From the IMG/VR virus record IMGVR_UViG_3300042377_000359, positions 5,503 through 69,502 of that record: a stretch of DNA of 64,000 bases, one strand, 5' to 3'. The first letter of the stretch is position 1, and each line of letters opens with the position of its first letter. The position numbers and the translations under genes were made by a program. The DNA comes from a virus. The notes beneath the pieces were generated by a model. The model had not been told where the DNA came from, searched no databases, and worked only from the letters and a program-made list of their open reading frames with translations. Shown one piece after another: positions 1 to 9,661 of this stretch.

Positions 1-822
1 GGTGTTGTAACAGGAGATTTATATTTATCAAGATTAGTAGCAGGCACAAGAACTTCAGTATTACAAATAGCAAGGGCAACAGGTGCAGCAACCTTTTCAA
101 ATAGAATTGATGCTACAGGTGCTACATTTACAGAAGCGGGTTCATCAATTTTAATTGTACGTAGTACTTCTAATAGTGGTTATGCAACTACTGATTATTA
201 TAATAGTAGTAATTCTCAAGTTGCATCTTTTGGATATGGGAATGCATCTGTTCCTGCATCGGCAGTTCAAAATGCAGCATATATTTACACTGCTGCAGGA
301 GTTGATTTTGTGGGGTATATGGGTGGTGCCGAAAGATTTAGAATAGCTTCAACAGGTGCAGCAACTTTTAATGATAGCGTAACTTTATCTTCTACTGCAA
401 GTTCATTTATTGTTTTAAATAATACAACACCAACAACTGGCAAAGGATGGAGAACAAGTTCAGCGGGTAATGGTAATTTTTATATAACTCAAGTTGGAGT
501 TGTAGATGCTATAACATTATCACCTACAACTGGTGCAGCAACTTTTTCTTCTTCGGTAACGGCAGGTTCATTTATAAAATCAGGTGGTACTTCTGCACAA
601 TTTTTAAAGGCAGATGGTAGTATTGATTCAAATACCTATGCAACAACATCGGCATTAGCTGCTTACTTACCATTATCAGGTGGCACAATTACAGGCGATT
701 TAACGGTAAATAACAAGGTTTATGTAGGAACACATGGCTGCTACTTTGAAGAGGTTTTAATAGGCTCTACATACGAATTAAGGGTAGTAGATTCAGCAGG
801 TAACATGACGGTATTATCATAA
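1..822 (+). CDS. Tail fibre, C-terminal part (5' truncated by window edge)
   Basis: Frame 1 is open from base 1 (GVVTGDLYLSRL...) into the listed 310..822 ORF; Gly/Thr/Ser-rich with three TGAATF(S/N) repeats and a GGTSAQFLKADGS motif typical of Bacteroidota phage fibres. Confidence 0.85.
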   Translation, partial: GVVTGDLYLSRLVAGTRTSVLQIARATGAATFSNRIDATGATFTEAGSSILIVRSTSNSGYATTDYYNSSNSQVASFGYGNASVPASAVQNAAYIYTAAGVDFVGYMGGAERFRIASTGAATFNDSVTLSSTASSFIVLNNTTPTTGKGWRTSSAGNGNFYITQVGVVDAITLSPTTGAATFSSSVTAGSFIKSGGTSAQFLKADGSIDSNTYATTSALAAYLPLSGGTITGDLTVNNKVYVGTHGCYFEEVLIGSTYELRVVDSAGNMTVLS

Positions 823-1304
823 TGGGATTATCAACGACATATAAATTAAATACCGAAAGGCAGACTTGGGAGGACAATAATGTCACCGAAGATGCTGACC
901 ATAATGTAGGGACATTTTTTGTATCAAAATATAATAATCAATCAGGGCAATACCCAATGACTACCTTTAAGATAACTGTTGCCTATAAGGACACAGCTAA
1001 TAGCATCGTTGATGCGGAGTTATATGTAGTGGTTATAGATTTAAATACAACTATAGAGTTTTTACCTGAAGGGGATACTGTACAAAACTTTTTCCCTTTA
1101 ACCGCACCTACAGATTGGACAAAATATGGGCATTTGATAGCTACACATATTTCTAATGTAGAAGATTTTTTCTCTATTACATTGTCTTATAATACTACTA
1201 CTGGAGAAGGGCACCTTTATGATGTTATTGTACATACGCCAAGATTAATAAGTGGTACAGCAACAATGATTGCAGATGTTTATACTTATACATTGATACA
1301 ATAA
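822..1304 (+). CDS. Tail-associated hypothetical protein
   Basis: 160 aa beta-rich ORF coupled by TAATG to the fibre gene. Confidence 0.55.
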   Translation: MGLSTTYKLNTERQTWEDNNVTEDADHNVGTFFVSKYNNQSGQYPMTTFKITVAYKDTANSIVDAELYVVVIDLNTTIEFLPEGDTVQNFFPLTAPTDWTKYGHLIATHISNVEDFFSITLSYNTTTGEGHLYDVIVHTPRLISGTATMIADVYTYTLIQ

Positions 1305-1660
1305 TGGCTACAAAATTAATAAGATACGATGGGGTTAATGACCCACAACAGAATATAGTGACAATAGATTTATCAGCTATTACAAGTTCGAATTGTTTTA
1401 CGATAGATATACTATATTCATGTAGAAATTTAACTAATTCAACTATGGAGGAAGCTGGATTATATAGATATATTAATACTTATGCTAAATACGGATCAAG
1501 TAGTTATGCTGTTTTAGATGAGCGTTTAATTTTAGAGTTTTATTTGGGTACACTCCAATATAATATGACATCTAATATTTCGGGTAATACTTTATATTTA
1601 GATTTATCAAGCACCAACACAGATTCAACTGTTTTATTTGACTGTAAATTAGAATATTAA
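1304..1660 (+). CDS. Tail-associated hypothetical protein
   Basis: 118 aa, TAATG-coupled, beta-rich. Confidence 0.55.
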   Translation: MATKLIRYDGVNDPQQNIVTIDLSAITSSNCFTIDILYSCRNLTNSTMEEAGLYRYINTYAKYGSSSYAVLDERLILEFYLGTLQYNMTSNISGNTLYLDLSSTNTDSTVLFDCKLEY

Positions 1661-2046
1661 TGTATACCTACAGAAAGAAAATACAATTATCTCATTCAGC
1701 TACAGCAAGTGGCTTTAGCGATATTAATGTATTAAGTTTATCAGGATTTGGCACAAATAAAATAGCGGATGTTGAGGTAAAGGTAACTGCATATGATGTA
1801 GCTAACGCAAAATCTTCTATAGTATATTATAGAAATGTTGAAGTTATAGACTCAGCTGCTGCACCTTCGTACTATAATTCTAATGATTCTTCATTTTTTT
1901 ATAGGGAGGATACTTCAACAGCCGCCTATGTTTATGATGTTGCATACAACCAAACTACTTCAAATATTGTTATTAGGGCTTCTAATCCAACCGCTACCAC
2001 ATTAAATACTATTTGTATAATAGACTATAAAATCAATTTTTATTAA
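1660..2046 (+). CDS. Tail-associated hypothetical protein
   Basis: 128 aa, TAATG-coupled, similar size and composition to its neighbours. Confidence 0.55.
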   Translation: MYTYRKKIQLSHSATASGFSDINVLSLSGFGTNKIADVEVKVTAYDVANAKSSIVYYRNVEVIDSAAAPSYYNSNDSSFFYREDTSTAAYVYDVAYNQTTSNIVIRASNPTATTLNTICIIDYKINFY

Positions 2047-2056
2047 AAAAAATACT

Positions 2057-2064
2057 TATATTTG
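2057..2064 (+). promoter_or_regulatory. Bacteroidota -7 promoter box (TAnnTTTG)
   Basis: TATATTTG; the same box occurs at 2889, 3198, 23184, 26275, 26574, 31130, 32899, 35839, 39814, 45622, 51259 and 59024, nearly all just upstream of gene starts. Confidence 0.7.
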
Positions 2065-2081
2065 CTTAAATTAGAAAAAAA

Positions 2082-2360
2082 ATGGAACCAACACCAATGA
2101 CAAATGGCTTAAAGCCTATCGAACCAGTAGTAGTACCGACATTAGGAACAGCTACTCAATTGTATGTACAAGCTAATAGCTTCTCAGCTTCAGCTGTAAA
2201 TTGTACATTATATTACTACTTAGCTGATGCTAATGGTATGCAATTATTACAAGGTAACGTACAGATGACTGACGAGCAATTCGCAACTTGGGGTACTGAT
2301 AACTCAGTATTGTACGAAATCGTTGCAGATGAAAAAGGCTTAGTCCTTATTGTAGAGTAA
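2082..2360 (+). CDS. Small tail-fibre-associated protein (possible chaperone)
   Basis: 92 aa acidic ORF downstream of the fibre genes with its own promoter box. Confidence 0.55.
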   Translation: MEPTPMTNGLKPIEPVVVPTLGTATQLYVQANSFSASAVNCTLYYYLADANGMQLLQGNVQMTDEQFATWGTDNSVLYEIVADEKGLVLIVE

Positions 2361-2377
2361 TTTAAATTTAAATCTAT

Positions 2378-2836
2378 ATGAATCAAAAGAAGAAAGCTAC
2401 GCTAAAGCTATCTCAAATCATGTCTTTAGAGGCAGAGATAGGCGGTTTACAAAACCAACAAACAGGTGAATCGATTTTAAAAGGCTTATTAAGCCATAAA
2501 ATGCCGATGATTGCCAAGTTTAAATTAAAAATGTTACTTAACGCTTTGTCAGCTATTAAGAAGGCAAATGATGAGTTAAGGGAAGAGTTAATTAAAGAGT
2601 ATGGTACGGAAGGTGAGAATGGTTCTATTTCAATCCCTATGTATGTAGATGCAGAGGCAGAAGTAAAAGAGTTTAACCCTAAGTACGTTGAATTCGCTAA
2701 CAAAATGGAAGAGCTTTTAGCTAAAGAAATTGAGTTTGAATTCGAAGAAGTTTCTATGGAAGAGTTGAAAGAACTTGAAACTGAGGAGTCATATCCTTCG
2801 TTCATGGACTTACTTATCTTAGTAATGGATAAATAG
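2378..2836 (+). CDS. Hypothetical helical protein, possible tail assembly chaperone
   Basis: 152 aa, ELREELIKEYG pattern often seen after phage fibre genes. Confidence 0.55.
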   Translation: MNQKKKATLKLSQIMSLEAEIGGLQNQQTGESILKGLLSHKMPMIAKFKLKMLLNALSAIKKANDELREELIKEYGTEGENGSISIPMYVDAEAEVKEFNPKYVEFANKMEELLAKEIEFEFEEVSMEELKELETEESYPSFMDLLILVMDK

Positions 2837-2858
2837 TAATACCCTCTCTACACAAACT

Positions 2859-2886
2859 AAGCCACGCAGAAATGTGTGGCTTTTTT
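2859..2886 (+). terminator. Intrinsic terminator
   Basis: AAGCCACGC-AGAAAT-GTGTGGC followed by T6. Confidence 0.8.
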
Positions 2887-2916
2887 ATTATCTTTGTAAT
2901 ATAAAATAATAGCTAT

Positions 2917-3186
2917 ATGGAATTCAAGAAAGTAAATTTAAATTTTGATTTAAAAGGATTAGATGGTGCTCCAATTAAGGATGCAAATGCCGCGAAATTA
3001 ATTGCTAATTTATTAGCTTCTTCAGTAGAAGGTGATGCTAGAAAATTATGGCCAATTGTATTGAAGCTTCAAGCTTGCGAGGAGTTAGAATTAAATGAAG
3101 AAGATGCAGTAGCATTAGAGGAATTTATTGCAACACATACCGGTTTGTCAATCCTTGCGAAAGGCCAGATATTGTCGGTAATATAA
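2917..3186 (+). CDS. Hypothetical protein
   Basis: 89 aa ORF after TATCTTTG box. Confidence 0.65.
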   Translation: MEFKKVNLNFDLKGLDGAPIKDANAAKLIANLLASSVEGDARKLWPIVLKLQACEELELNEEDAVALEEFIATHTGLSILAKGQILSVI

Positions 3187-3222
3187 TTTAAAATTATTAT
3201 ATTTGTATATGTTTTACCCATC

Positions 3223-3483
3223 ATGTCAAGCCTTGTAAAAAAAATGGATTTCTTTACTCAAGAGTTAAGAGAAAAGCCGATTATAGGCATCGTTAGCGGT
3301 GTAGGATCGTGGGCTATCTATCAAGTTAATCAAATACAAATGTCAACCTTTTTCGCAGATACAAATCCTTTTTGGAATCTAATTAGTAAGATGGGTATTC
3401 TTATTGGTTTTACGATTGCGTTAATGACATTGATTTTAAAAGCTAGAGATTTTTACCATAAAATTATAAAGGATGATGAATAA
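3223..3483 (+). CDS. Holin-like membrane protein
   Basis: Two hydrophobic segments, charged C-terminus, upstream of the endolysin. Confidence 0.6.
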   Translation: MSSLVKKMDFFTQELREKPIIGIVSGVGSWAIYQVNQIQMSTFFADTNPFWNLISKMGILIGFTIALMTLILKARDFYHKIIKDDE

Positions 3484-3721
3484 TATTAAAACTTGGTTAA
3501 GTGGTCTTTTTAAAGATGAAAAAGGCACACCATCTTCTAAGCGTTTTGTAGGAATTCTATGTGCATTAACACTATGCATCACTATGTATTCTAATTCATT
3601 CACAGAGGCTCATTTCGCCCCTTCTAAGGAGCTTGTAGATGCAGTAGCACTATTAGCCTTCGGATGTTTAGGTTTGGCTTCTGTAGACAAGATTTGGGGT
3701 AAAAAAACAACTGAGGAATAA
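3473..3721 (+). CDS. Holin-like membrane protein
   Basis: Two TM segments, SSKRFVG motif, lysis cluster. Confidence 0.65.
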   Translation: MMNNIKTWLSGLFKDEKGTPSSKRFVGILCALTLCITMYSNSFTEAHFAPSKELVDAVALLAFGCLGLASVDKIWGKKTTEE

Positions 3722-4008
3722 TGGCAATACCAAAAAAAACTGAGGTAAAAGTTCCTTCGGCAATGCCAATATCTTTTGAGCAGTTTAGCAAGGATCCAGT
3801 TAAAGGATTATTGTTTATTGTTCTAGCAGCTATTGGTTATTTATATATAGATGGTAAAATGAATTACACAAAACAGATAGATGCCTGTAACGTAGAGGTA
3901 GTTGTACTTAACGAAAAGATTGACAAATTAACGGAGCATATTAGAAGAAGCGATTCAACATTGGGGTATATGATTTCAAAAGTTGAGATGCTACAAATAC
4001 TAAAATGA
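3721..4008 (+). CDS. Membrane protein with coiled coil (lysis cluster)
   Basis: One TM segment followed by a heptad-like region. Confidence 0.55.
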   Translation: MAIPKKTEVKVPSAMPISFEQFSKDPVKGLLFIVLAAIGYLYIDGKMNYTKQIDACNVEVVVLNEKIDKLTEHIRRSDSTLGYMISKVEMLQILK

Positions 4009-4331
4009 GGATAGTAATCTTACTTATATTTTGCATGACCATTGTTTTGGCACAATCGCCAAAGATGGTAGACCCTAAAGAAAAAGAGTTAGATGCCCTT
4101 ATGGCAAAATCTCAAGATAGATTAAAAAAGATTAATGTGCTTACAAAGCAAATCGATCAGATGTCTTCAAGCAAGGTGAGTGGGATGAAGGAAAGTATAG
4201 AAACATTACAGGAAGAAAAAATACAATTAAAAAATGAATTACAAGAAACTAAAGCAGCTATTGAGTTTAACTCTACTGATAAGTCTACCCCTTTTAACCT
4301 TGAGCCAATCATATCCGACTCAACGAATTGA
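4005..4331 (+). CDS. Spanin-like exported coiled-coil protein
   Basis: N-terminal hydrophobic signal/TM plus coiled coil; overlaps the next gene by 98 nt as i/o-spanin pairs often do. Confidence 0.5.
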   Translation: MRIVILLIFCMTIVLAQSPKMVDPKEKELDALMAKSQDRLKKINVLTKQIDQMSSSKVSGMKESIETLQEEKIQLKNELQETKAAIEFNSTDKSTPFNLEPIISDSTN

Positions 4332-4680
4332 GGGTAAGGATACCGTTGTTGTAATGACCAAGAAACAAGCGGAGAATATTAATATCGTATTTAAAAATAC
4401 TAAAACTCAGATTGATAAACTCAAGATAGAAATCGATTCTATTACTAAAATCAAACCTACTACAGTCAGAGATACCATATACAAGCGTGGTTCTATTCTA
4501 ATCCCTAACGGGAATTATTTACTATACAATTTTAATGAAGCAGAGAATAGGTATGAACTAGACCCCAATTCTGTTATAGCTGCTAAAGGTACAGACGATG
4601 ACGCTACTACTAAGAAAGATGTGATTATTACCACCATAGGATTTATTACCGTATTTAGTTTATTTATATTTTTATTATAA
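4234..4680 (+). CDS. Spanin-like protein (signal peptide plus C-terminal TM)
   Basis: N-terminal signal sequence, C-terminal hydrophobic anchor, directly before the endolysin. Confidence 0.5.
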   Translation: MNYKKLKQLLSLTLLISLPLLTLSQSYPTQRIEGKDTVVVMTKKQAENINIVFKNTKTQIDKLKIEIDSITKIKPTTVRDTIYKRGSILIPNGNYLLYNFNEAENRYELDPNSVIAAKGTDDDATTKKDVIITTIGFITVFSLFIFLL

Positions 4681-4686
4681 CAACTT

Positions 4687-5157
4687 ATGAAATTATCAGA
4701 GCATTTTACATTAGCAGAATTAACGCCATCATCAACAGCAAAGCGTTTAGGCATCAAGAATGAGCCAACTCCTGCACACCTAGAGTGTTTAAAAGGATTA
4801 GCTACAAACGTATTAGACAAAGTGCGTGAGCATTTCGGTAAGCCAATTTGGGTATCTTCAGGATATCGTTCTAAGGCTTTAAACGATGTAACTCCCGGTT
4901 CTAGTGCTACATCACAGCATTGTTCTGGTGAAGCGGCTGATTTAGATCAGGATGGTAGAGGTACAGGTGTATCTAATAAAATGGTATTTGATTACATTAA
5001 GGATCACTTAAATTTCGATCAATTAATTTATGAGTATGGTACGGATGCTAACCCTGATTGGGTGCATGTAAGCTGGGAATCTACCGGTAAGCAAAGGAAA
5101 CAAGTATTGCGTTGCACTAGAGTTAACGGAAAGCCTGTTTATACTCAATATAAATAA
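4687..5157 (+). CDS. Endolysin, peptidase M15A family
   Basis: LSEHFTLAEL start, SSGYRS, SQHCSGEAAD and WVHVS zinc-peptidase motifs. Confidence 0.92.
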   Translation: MKLSEHFTLAELTPSSTAKRLGIKNEPTPAHLECLKGLATNVLDKVREHFGKPIWVSSGYRSKALNDVTPGSSATSQHCSGEAADLDQDGRGTGVSNKMVFDYIKDHLNFDQLIYEYGTDANPDWVHVSWESTGKQRKQVLRCTRVNGKPVYTQYK

Positions 5158-5191
5158 AAATTATTGGCAAGGTTATTGCTAGATATAAAAT

Positions 5192-6409
5192 ATGAGCAAG
5201 TATAAAAAGTACATTGAGCCTAACATAGAAGCTTATGAAAGACTCCTTAGAAACAATGCAAATTTTGCTAGATTTCTAATAGAAGAATATCCAAAAGAAT
5301 TAAAAGGATTGTCAATAAATGGTATAAGAAAGGGAGTGGAAGCACATTTCCAAACTTTCCCTTTACCTGAAGCGCCAACGATTGAATTACCTCCGATTGA
5401 TATCGCAAAAGTTATTGATGATGATCGTAAGAACAAAGCACTTACAGCGCAGTTAAATGATTTTAAACGCAAGAACCAGTATTTGCTAGAGAAATTAGAA
5501 TCATCTGAAAAATCTTATTATGATTTATTAGCAATCAAAGATCCTACGGATACCTATGAAATTCCTATGGATGCATCTAAGACTTCAAAGAATAAGGGTG
5601 TTCCTATTATTTGTTTGTCTGACTGGCACATTGAAGAGAATGTTCGTAAAGGCCAAGTAAATGGGTTCAACGAATATAATCTAAAGATTGCTGAGAAACG
5701 TTCACAGGCAATATTTCAAAATGCTATTAAATTAATTCAAAAGGAAGGTAAAGATGTTCAGATTACTGACACTATATTGTGGTTAGGAGGGGACTTTATC
5801 TCAGGATATATTCACGATGAATTGATTGAATCAAATAACCTATCACCATTAGAAGCAATTCGTATGGCTAAAAAGTTATTGATGAATGGAATTGAATTCT
5901 TGTTGACAAAATCAAAGGTGAATTTAACTATCCCTTGCTCGGTGGGTAACCACGGCAGGAATACAAAGAAGATGCACATCTCTACTTCATCAGCAACAAA
6001 CTATGAGTATATGATGTATTCAGATTTGCAGGATATTTTCAGAAATGAAAAGAGAGTGAAATTTCATATGCCTCAATCGGATGATTGTTATGTGAAAGCA
6101 TTAGGCAGAAACATTAGATTCTTTCACGGAGAGGCTGTAAAATATGGTGGGGGAATCGGAGGTTTGACTGTACCTTTAATCAAATATTTGTTGAGAAAAG
6201 ATGAGCAAAGAAAGGCAGACTTTACTTGCTTGGGTCATTTCCATCAATTGTTTTATCCAACAACTAGTTGCTGTGTGAATGGTTCATTGATTGGATTATC
6301 TCCTTATGGACATAAGGCAGGATTCAAGCCAGAGAGACCAGCACAAGCATTTACATTGTTAGATGACAAGAGAGGGATTACTGTAAAAATTCCTATCTTT
6401 GCAGAATAA
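5192..6409 (+). CDS. Calcineurin-like metallophosphoesterase
   Basis: SDWH, GGDFISG, GNHG, FHG and GHFH motifs. Confidence 0.88.
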   Translation: MSKYKKYIEPNIEAYERLLRNNANFARFLIEEYPKELKGLSINGIRKGVEAHFQTFPLPEAPTIELPPIDIAKVIDDDRKNKALTAQLNDFKRKNQYLLEKLESSEKSYYDLLAIKDPTDTYEIPMDASKTSKNKGVPIICLSDWHIEENVRKGQVNGFNEYNLKIAEKRSQAIFQNAIKLIQKEGKDVQITDTILWLGGDFISGYIHDELIESNNLSPLEAIRMAKKLLMNGIEFLLTKSKVNLTIPCSVGNHGRNTKKMHISTSSATNYEYMMYSDLQDIFRNEKRVKFHMPQSDDCYVKALGRNIRFFHGEAVKYGGGIGGLTVPLIKYLLRKDEQRKADFTCLGHFHQLFYPTTSCCVNGSLIGLSPYGHKAGFKPERPAQAFTLLDDKRGITVKIPIFAE

Positions 6410-6959
6410 TATGAAAAAGATACACTATACAGGATGGGTAATTGCAGCAATGCTTGCCGTGATTTTATTGTTGACAAGAGGATGTGAGAAGCCTGTTACT
6501 ATACACGATAAGGTAGTGAAGACAGAGTATGTATACGATACAACAACTCGTTATATCAAGTATACTGATACTGTACATGCAACGTCAATTAAGTATTTGG
6601 AGATTCCTTCTGATGTAGATACCGGAACGGTATTAGAAGATTATTTTGCAGAGAGAACCTATGCAAGAGATCATGTAGATACTAATATTATTATTAGCAT
6701 TTATGATACAATAAGTAAAAATAGAATTAATAATTGGAGTCTTTCATACCAATGGAAGCAACCAAAAATAGTGAATACAATCCATCGCATTGAAGCACCT
6801 AAAAGTTCGGTTTCCGTGGGGGTTAACCTGCATACTAATTTAGGGCTTGGAGTCGGAGGGACATTCATAAATAATAAGGGCATCATATTCGATGCCTCTT
6901 ATTATTTGAAAGATAAGTCTGTTAATCTTGGGGCTAGAGTTCCTTTGATAAAGTATTAA
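6399..6959 (+). CDS. Membrane-anchored or lipoprotein, spanin-like
   Basis: N-terminal hydrophobic stretch ending LTRGC; C-terminal amphipathic beta-strand pattern. Confidence 0.5.
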   Translation: MQNNMKKIHYTGWVIAAMLAVILLLTRGCEKPVTIHDKVVKTEYVYDTTTRYIKYTDTVHATSIKYLEIPSDVDTGTVLEDYFAERTYARDHVDTNIIISIYDTISKNRINNWSLSYQWKQPKIVNTIHRIEAPKSSVSVGVNLHTNLGLGVGGTFINNKGIIFDASYYLKDKSVNLGARVPLIKY

Positions 6960-7440
6960 ATATTTCTAGAAACTTATACTTAGCTTTGAATGGGGTCATT
7001 GATTCTACACCTTGATGTAAAACATACTGGTCCCATTCAAATTCTAAAGCTAATTTATCAGCAAGCTTTACGCCCGGTGACAAAGGATATTCAAATCCAA
7101 ATTTCTTAGCTCCCACTTCCATAATAATTTCTTCCAAAGCTTTATACTCTGGTAATCTCTTTTTAATTGGGCTCGGCATATCTAATATGTAAGCTTCAGA
7201 AAGATCATGCAATAAAGCGCCCATATGGTCCGCTCTAGAAGAGAAATGATATGTATTGATGCAATGCTCGGCCACGGAAACAAATGCGTTTGTATGCCCT
7301 CCAAATCGCGGGATATGGGATAATGCATGCGCTATATCTACTATGTCAAAATCATCTGCCGACATATCAAATACATCTACATATCTTCCGGTTACTGTTC
7401 TAACGCAACCCTCTTTGTATAAGTTTTCAAACCTGCTCAT
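6934..7440 (-). CDS. HD-domain phosphohydrolase (YfbR/YfdR-like deoxynucleotidase)
   Basis: DIAHALS, RFGGH, SVAEH, LLHDLSEAY and PSPIK motifs. Confidence 0.88.
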   Translation of the reverse strand: MSRFENLYKEGCVRTVTGRYVDVFDMSADDFDIVDIAHALSHIPRFGGHTNAFVSVAEHCINTYHFSSRADHMGALLHDLSEAYILDMPSPIKKRLPEYKALEEIIMEVGAKKFGFEYPLSPGVKLADKLALEFEWDQYVLHQGVESMTPFKAKYKFLEIFNTLSKEL

Positions 7441-7714
7441 TTTTTGGCGTAATTATAGGGTCAATCATATCGTGAACTGCAACAATCATATCTAATACTT
7501 CCTCCTGCGCGCCTATATCAAATAGGTGGCGTTCAACTGGTTTCAGAAACTTTTTTACAGCGTCTTCAACTCCTTTGATTTTGTTGAACATATATCTATC
7601 ATTCTTATCAGCCGTAGCGTGATCAGATTTTATACAAGACAAATGGTTAAGCATCATATTGCCTGAAACATATGCCCCAATTAAATTGTAAAGTTCTTTA
7701 TTGTCCTGATTCAT
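7427..7714 (-). CDS. Hypothetical protein
   Basis: 95 aa ORF overlapping its neighbours in the operon. Confidence 0.6.
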   Translation of the reverse strand: MNQDNKELYNLIGAYVSGNMMLNHLSCIKSDHATADKNDRYMFNKIKGVEDAVKKFLKPVERHLFDIGAQEEVLDMIVAVHDMIDPIITPKNEQV

Positions 7715-7880
7715 TTAAATCGATACTTAAAATTGCGTAAAATATTTGTTTAATTAATTCACCATTGCCGTGTTTTTCAGATAAAAAATCCACAGATTCA
7801 TGTATGTTAGCTACGCCCAAACTTTCGAGCGTAGCTAAATACTGAAATTCAATAGATATGTCATCTAATAATTCTTTCAT
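7698..7880 (-). CDS. Hypothetical protein
   Basis: 60 aa ORF in the operon. Confidence 0.55.
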   Translation of the reverse strand: MKELLDDISIEFQYLATLESLGVANIHESVDFLSEKHGNGELIKQIFYAILSIDLNESGQ

Positions 7881-8007
7881 AATATCCTTATGTATTTTCT
7901 ATTCGTTCCCTTTTTATACCATAACAATATTCCGTTCCTACCAAAATCAACGCTTGGTTGGAATTTAGCATACAAAAGTATTAAAGTGATATATACTATA
8001 TGAATCA

Positions 8008-8400
8008 TTAGAATGGAAGGTCAGCAGGTTCTTGAGTATTTATTTCTGCTCTAGGCGTTGATGTTGTAGCGTCACCGGCAGCTTTGCCCAACAATTCAAT
8101 CTCGTTGACTTTAATCTCTAGAGAAGATTTTGCAACACCCTCTTTGTCTGTGTAAGCACTAGCACCTGGCTCGCCCTCTACATAAACTAGTGTACCCTTT
8201 TTTAAGTAATTAGGTAGCGTACTTTCGCCAATGTTCCACTTGGTGCATCTAGCCCAAATGGTCTTTTCAACCTTTTCACCTGTTTTCGTTTTGTACGATC
8301 TATCAACGGCTACGTTGAATACCATAATCTTGTCACCGCTTGTTAGCGTCTTTACTTCGGCATCTGAGCCTAAGCGTCCTGTTAATTGAGTCTTAATCAT
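8008..8400 (-). CDS. ssb: Single-stranded DNA-binding protein
   Basis: LTGRLGSDAE, YLKKGTLVYVEG and C-terminal DLPF tail. Confidence 0.95.
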   Translation of the reverse strand: MIKTQLTGRLGSDAEVKTLTSGDKIMVFNVAVDRSYKTKTGEKVEKTIWARCTKWNIGESTLPNYLKKGTLVYVEGEPGASAYTDKEGVAKSSLEIKVNEIELLGKAAGDATTSTPRAEINTQEPADLPF

Positions 8401-8404
8401 ATAT

Positions 8405-9334
8405 TTATTTTGTAAATTTTTCCTTAACTTGTTCTTTTGCTTCTAAATATGTTGTTTCTTCCCATAAATGCTTATGGTTTTTCCAATGTACTGCGGCTTC
8501 AGTATAGCTCTCACAAGCCATTATCTCTCTGATTGCAATGTCTAACTCGGATTCGATATCTTCGTACTCTATATACTCTGATTTAACCTCTTCGGGAGAT
8601 TCTTCTATTACAATGATTTGTGCCGGAGGTAAAGATAACATCGCATCAATTTTCTGCGCACTTAAAATACCTCTAACTTTATTACCACTCTGTAAATATT
8701 CATTCAACATCTCAATGTGTTGAGGTGATAAATTAGGCACTAAAGATACCACAGGATATTGTGATGCTACGCCTGGTTTTTGTGACTTAACTTTCTTTAC
8801 CGACAAGTCAAATGGGATACCAACGATGCTCCCTGCTTGTTGCTGAACATAATCAAATGTATCACGCAATTGAGGAATAGATGAAGCTTTAGCCATTGTC
8901 TCAAATCTCCATACACCTACTGCAGGAACTTTTGGGATCAAAAATCTTAATGTTAAAGTCAACTTCATAATACCTAACTTTTCAGCAAGCACTATATCCA
9001 TTTCCTTAAACTCATAAGACTCTGTTTTAGCCTCGTAAACTTTCCAATTCTTACCATCGCCTGTAGCAACTAACTTGCCGGCTCTGTCTCTGATAACATA
9101 CTCTTCGTTACATACTGCATCAATATTATCTGATGGGAATATAACTGGTATGGTATCACACTTCTCTCCAAACTGCTCATAAAACATTGGAGCATACTTA
9201 CCGGTAGCCCTAAAGAAATCCAAACTAATTGGATACTCTTTGCCCGATTTTGACAATGCTTTGTCTCCGATTTTAATCTTACCTAATTCCGGTAACTTCC
9301 CTGTGTTAGGGGTATCTCTGATTACTCTGCCCAT
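8405..9334 (-). CDS. Recombination protein of the gp3-like / recombination-directionality-factor-like family
   Basis: LPELGKIKIG..K and LTLRFLIP...GVWRFET motifs; lies between exonuclease and ssb. Confidence 0.65.
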   Translation of the reverse strand: MGRVIRDTPNTGKLPELGKIKIGDKALSKSGKEYPISLDFFRATGKYAPMFYEQFGEKCDTIPVIFPSDNIDAVCNEEYVIRDRAGKLVATGDGKNWKVYEAKTESYEFKEMDIVLAEKLGIMKLTLTLRFLIPKVPAVGVWRFETMAKASSIPQLRDTFDYVQQQAGSIVGIPFDLSVKKVKSQKPGVASQYPVVSLVPNLSPQHIEMLNEYLQSGNKVRGILSAQKIDAMLSLPPAQIIVIEESPEEVKSEYIEYEDIESELDIAIREIMACESYTEAAVHWKNHKHLWEETTYLEAKEQVKEKFTK

Positions 9335-9660
9335 ATTTCTATACCTTTATTTCTTTTGTTAAATGCTGTGTATTGGTATTTGTATTCGCCTCTAGTGTAT
9401 CCAGTCATATTAATAACGCCTGTTTTAACTAATTCAATTTTTGTAATAACAATGTTATCACCTATTACCTGCCCAACATCATAAGCAGATGGGTTGCTTA
9501 TCTCGTACAAACGCATATCAACCTGATCTTGAATGTCATTAAATTCTTTTCTTGTCATGAAGAATTTTGTATCGTAATCAACGCCTTTAAGCTTTTGATT
9601 CATTTTATGAATTGCATACAGCAGAGATGCTGTTACGAGTAATAATGCTAGAATTTCCAT
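9322..9660 (-). CDS. Hypothetical membrane-anchored protein
   Basis: N-terminal TM segment. Confidence 0.6.
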   Translation of the reverse strand: MEILALLLVTASLLYAIHKMNQKLKGVDYDTKFFMTRKEFNDIQDQVDMRLYEISNPSAYDVGQVIGDNIVITKIELVKTGVINMTGYTRGEYKYQYTAFNKRNKGIEIWAE

Positions 9661-9661
9661 A

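Noticed and set aside
155-346. 63-aa ORF in the track
   Set aside because: Alternative frame of the tail-fibre gene, which is open from base 1
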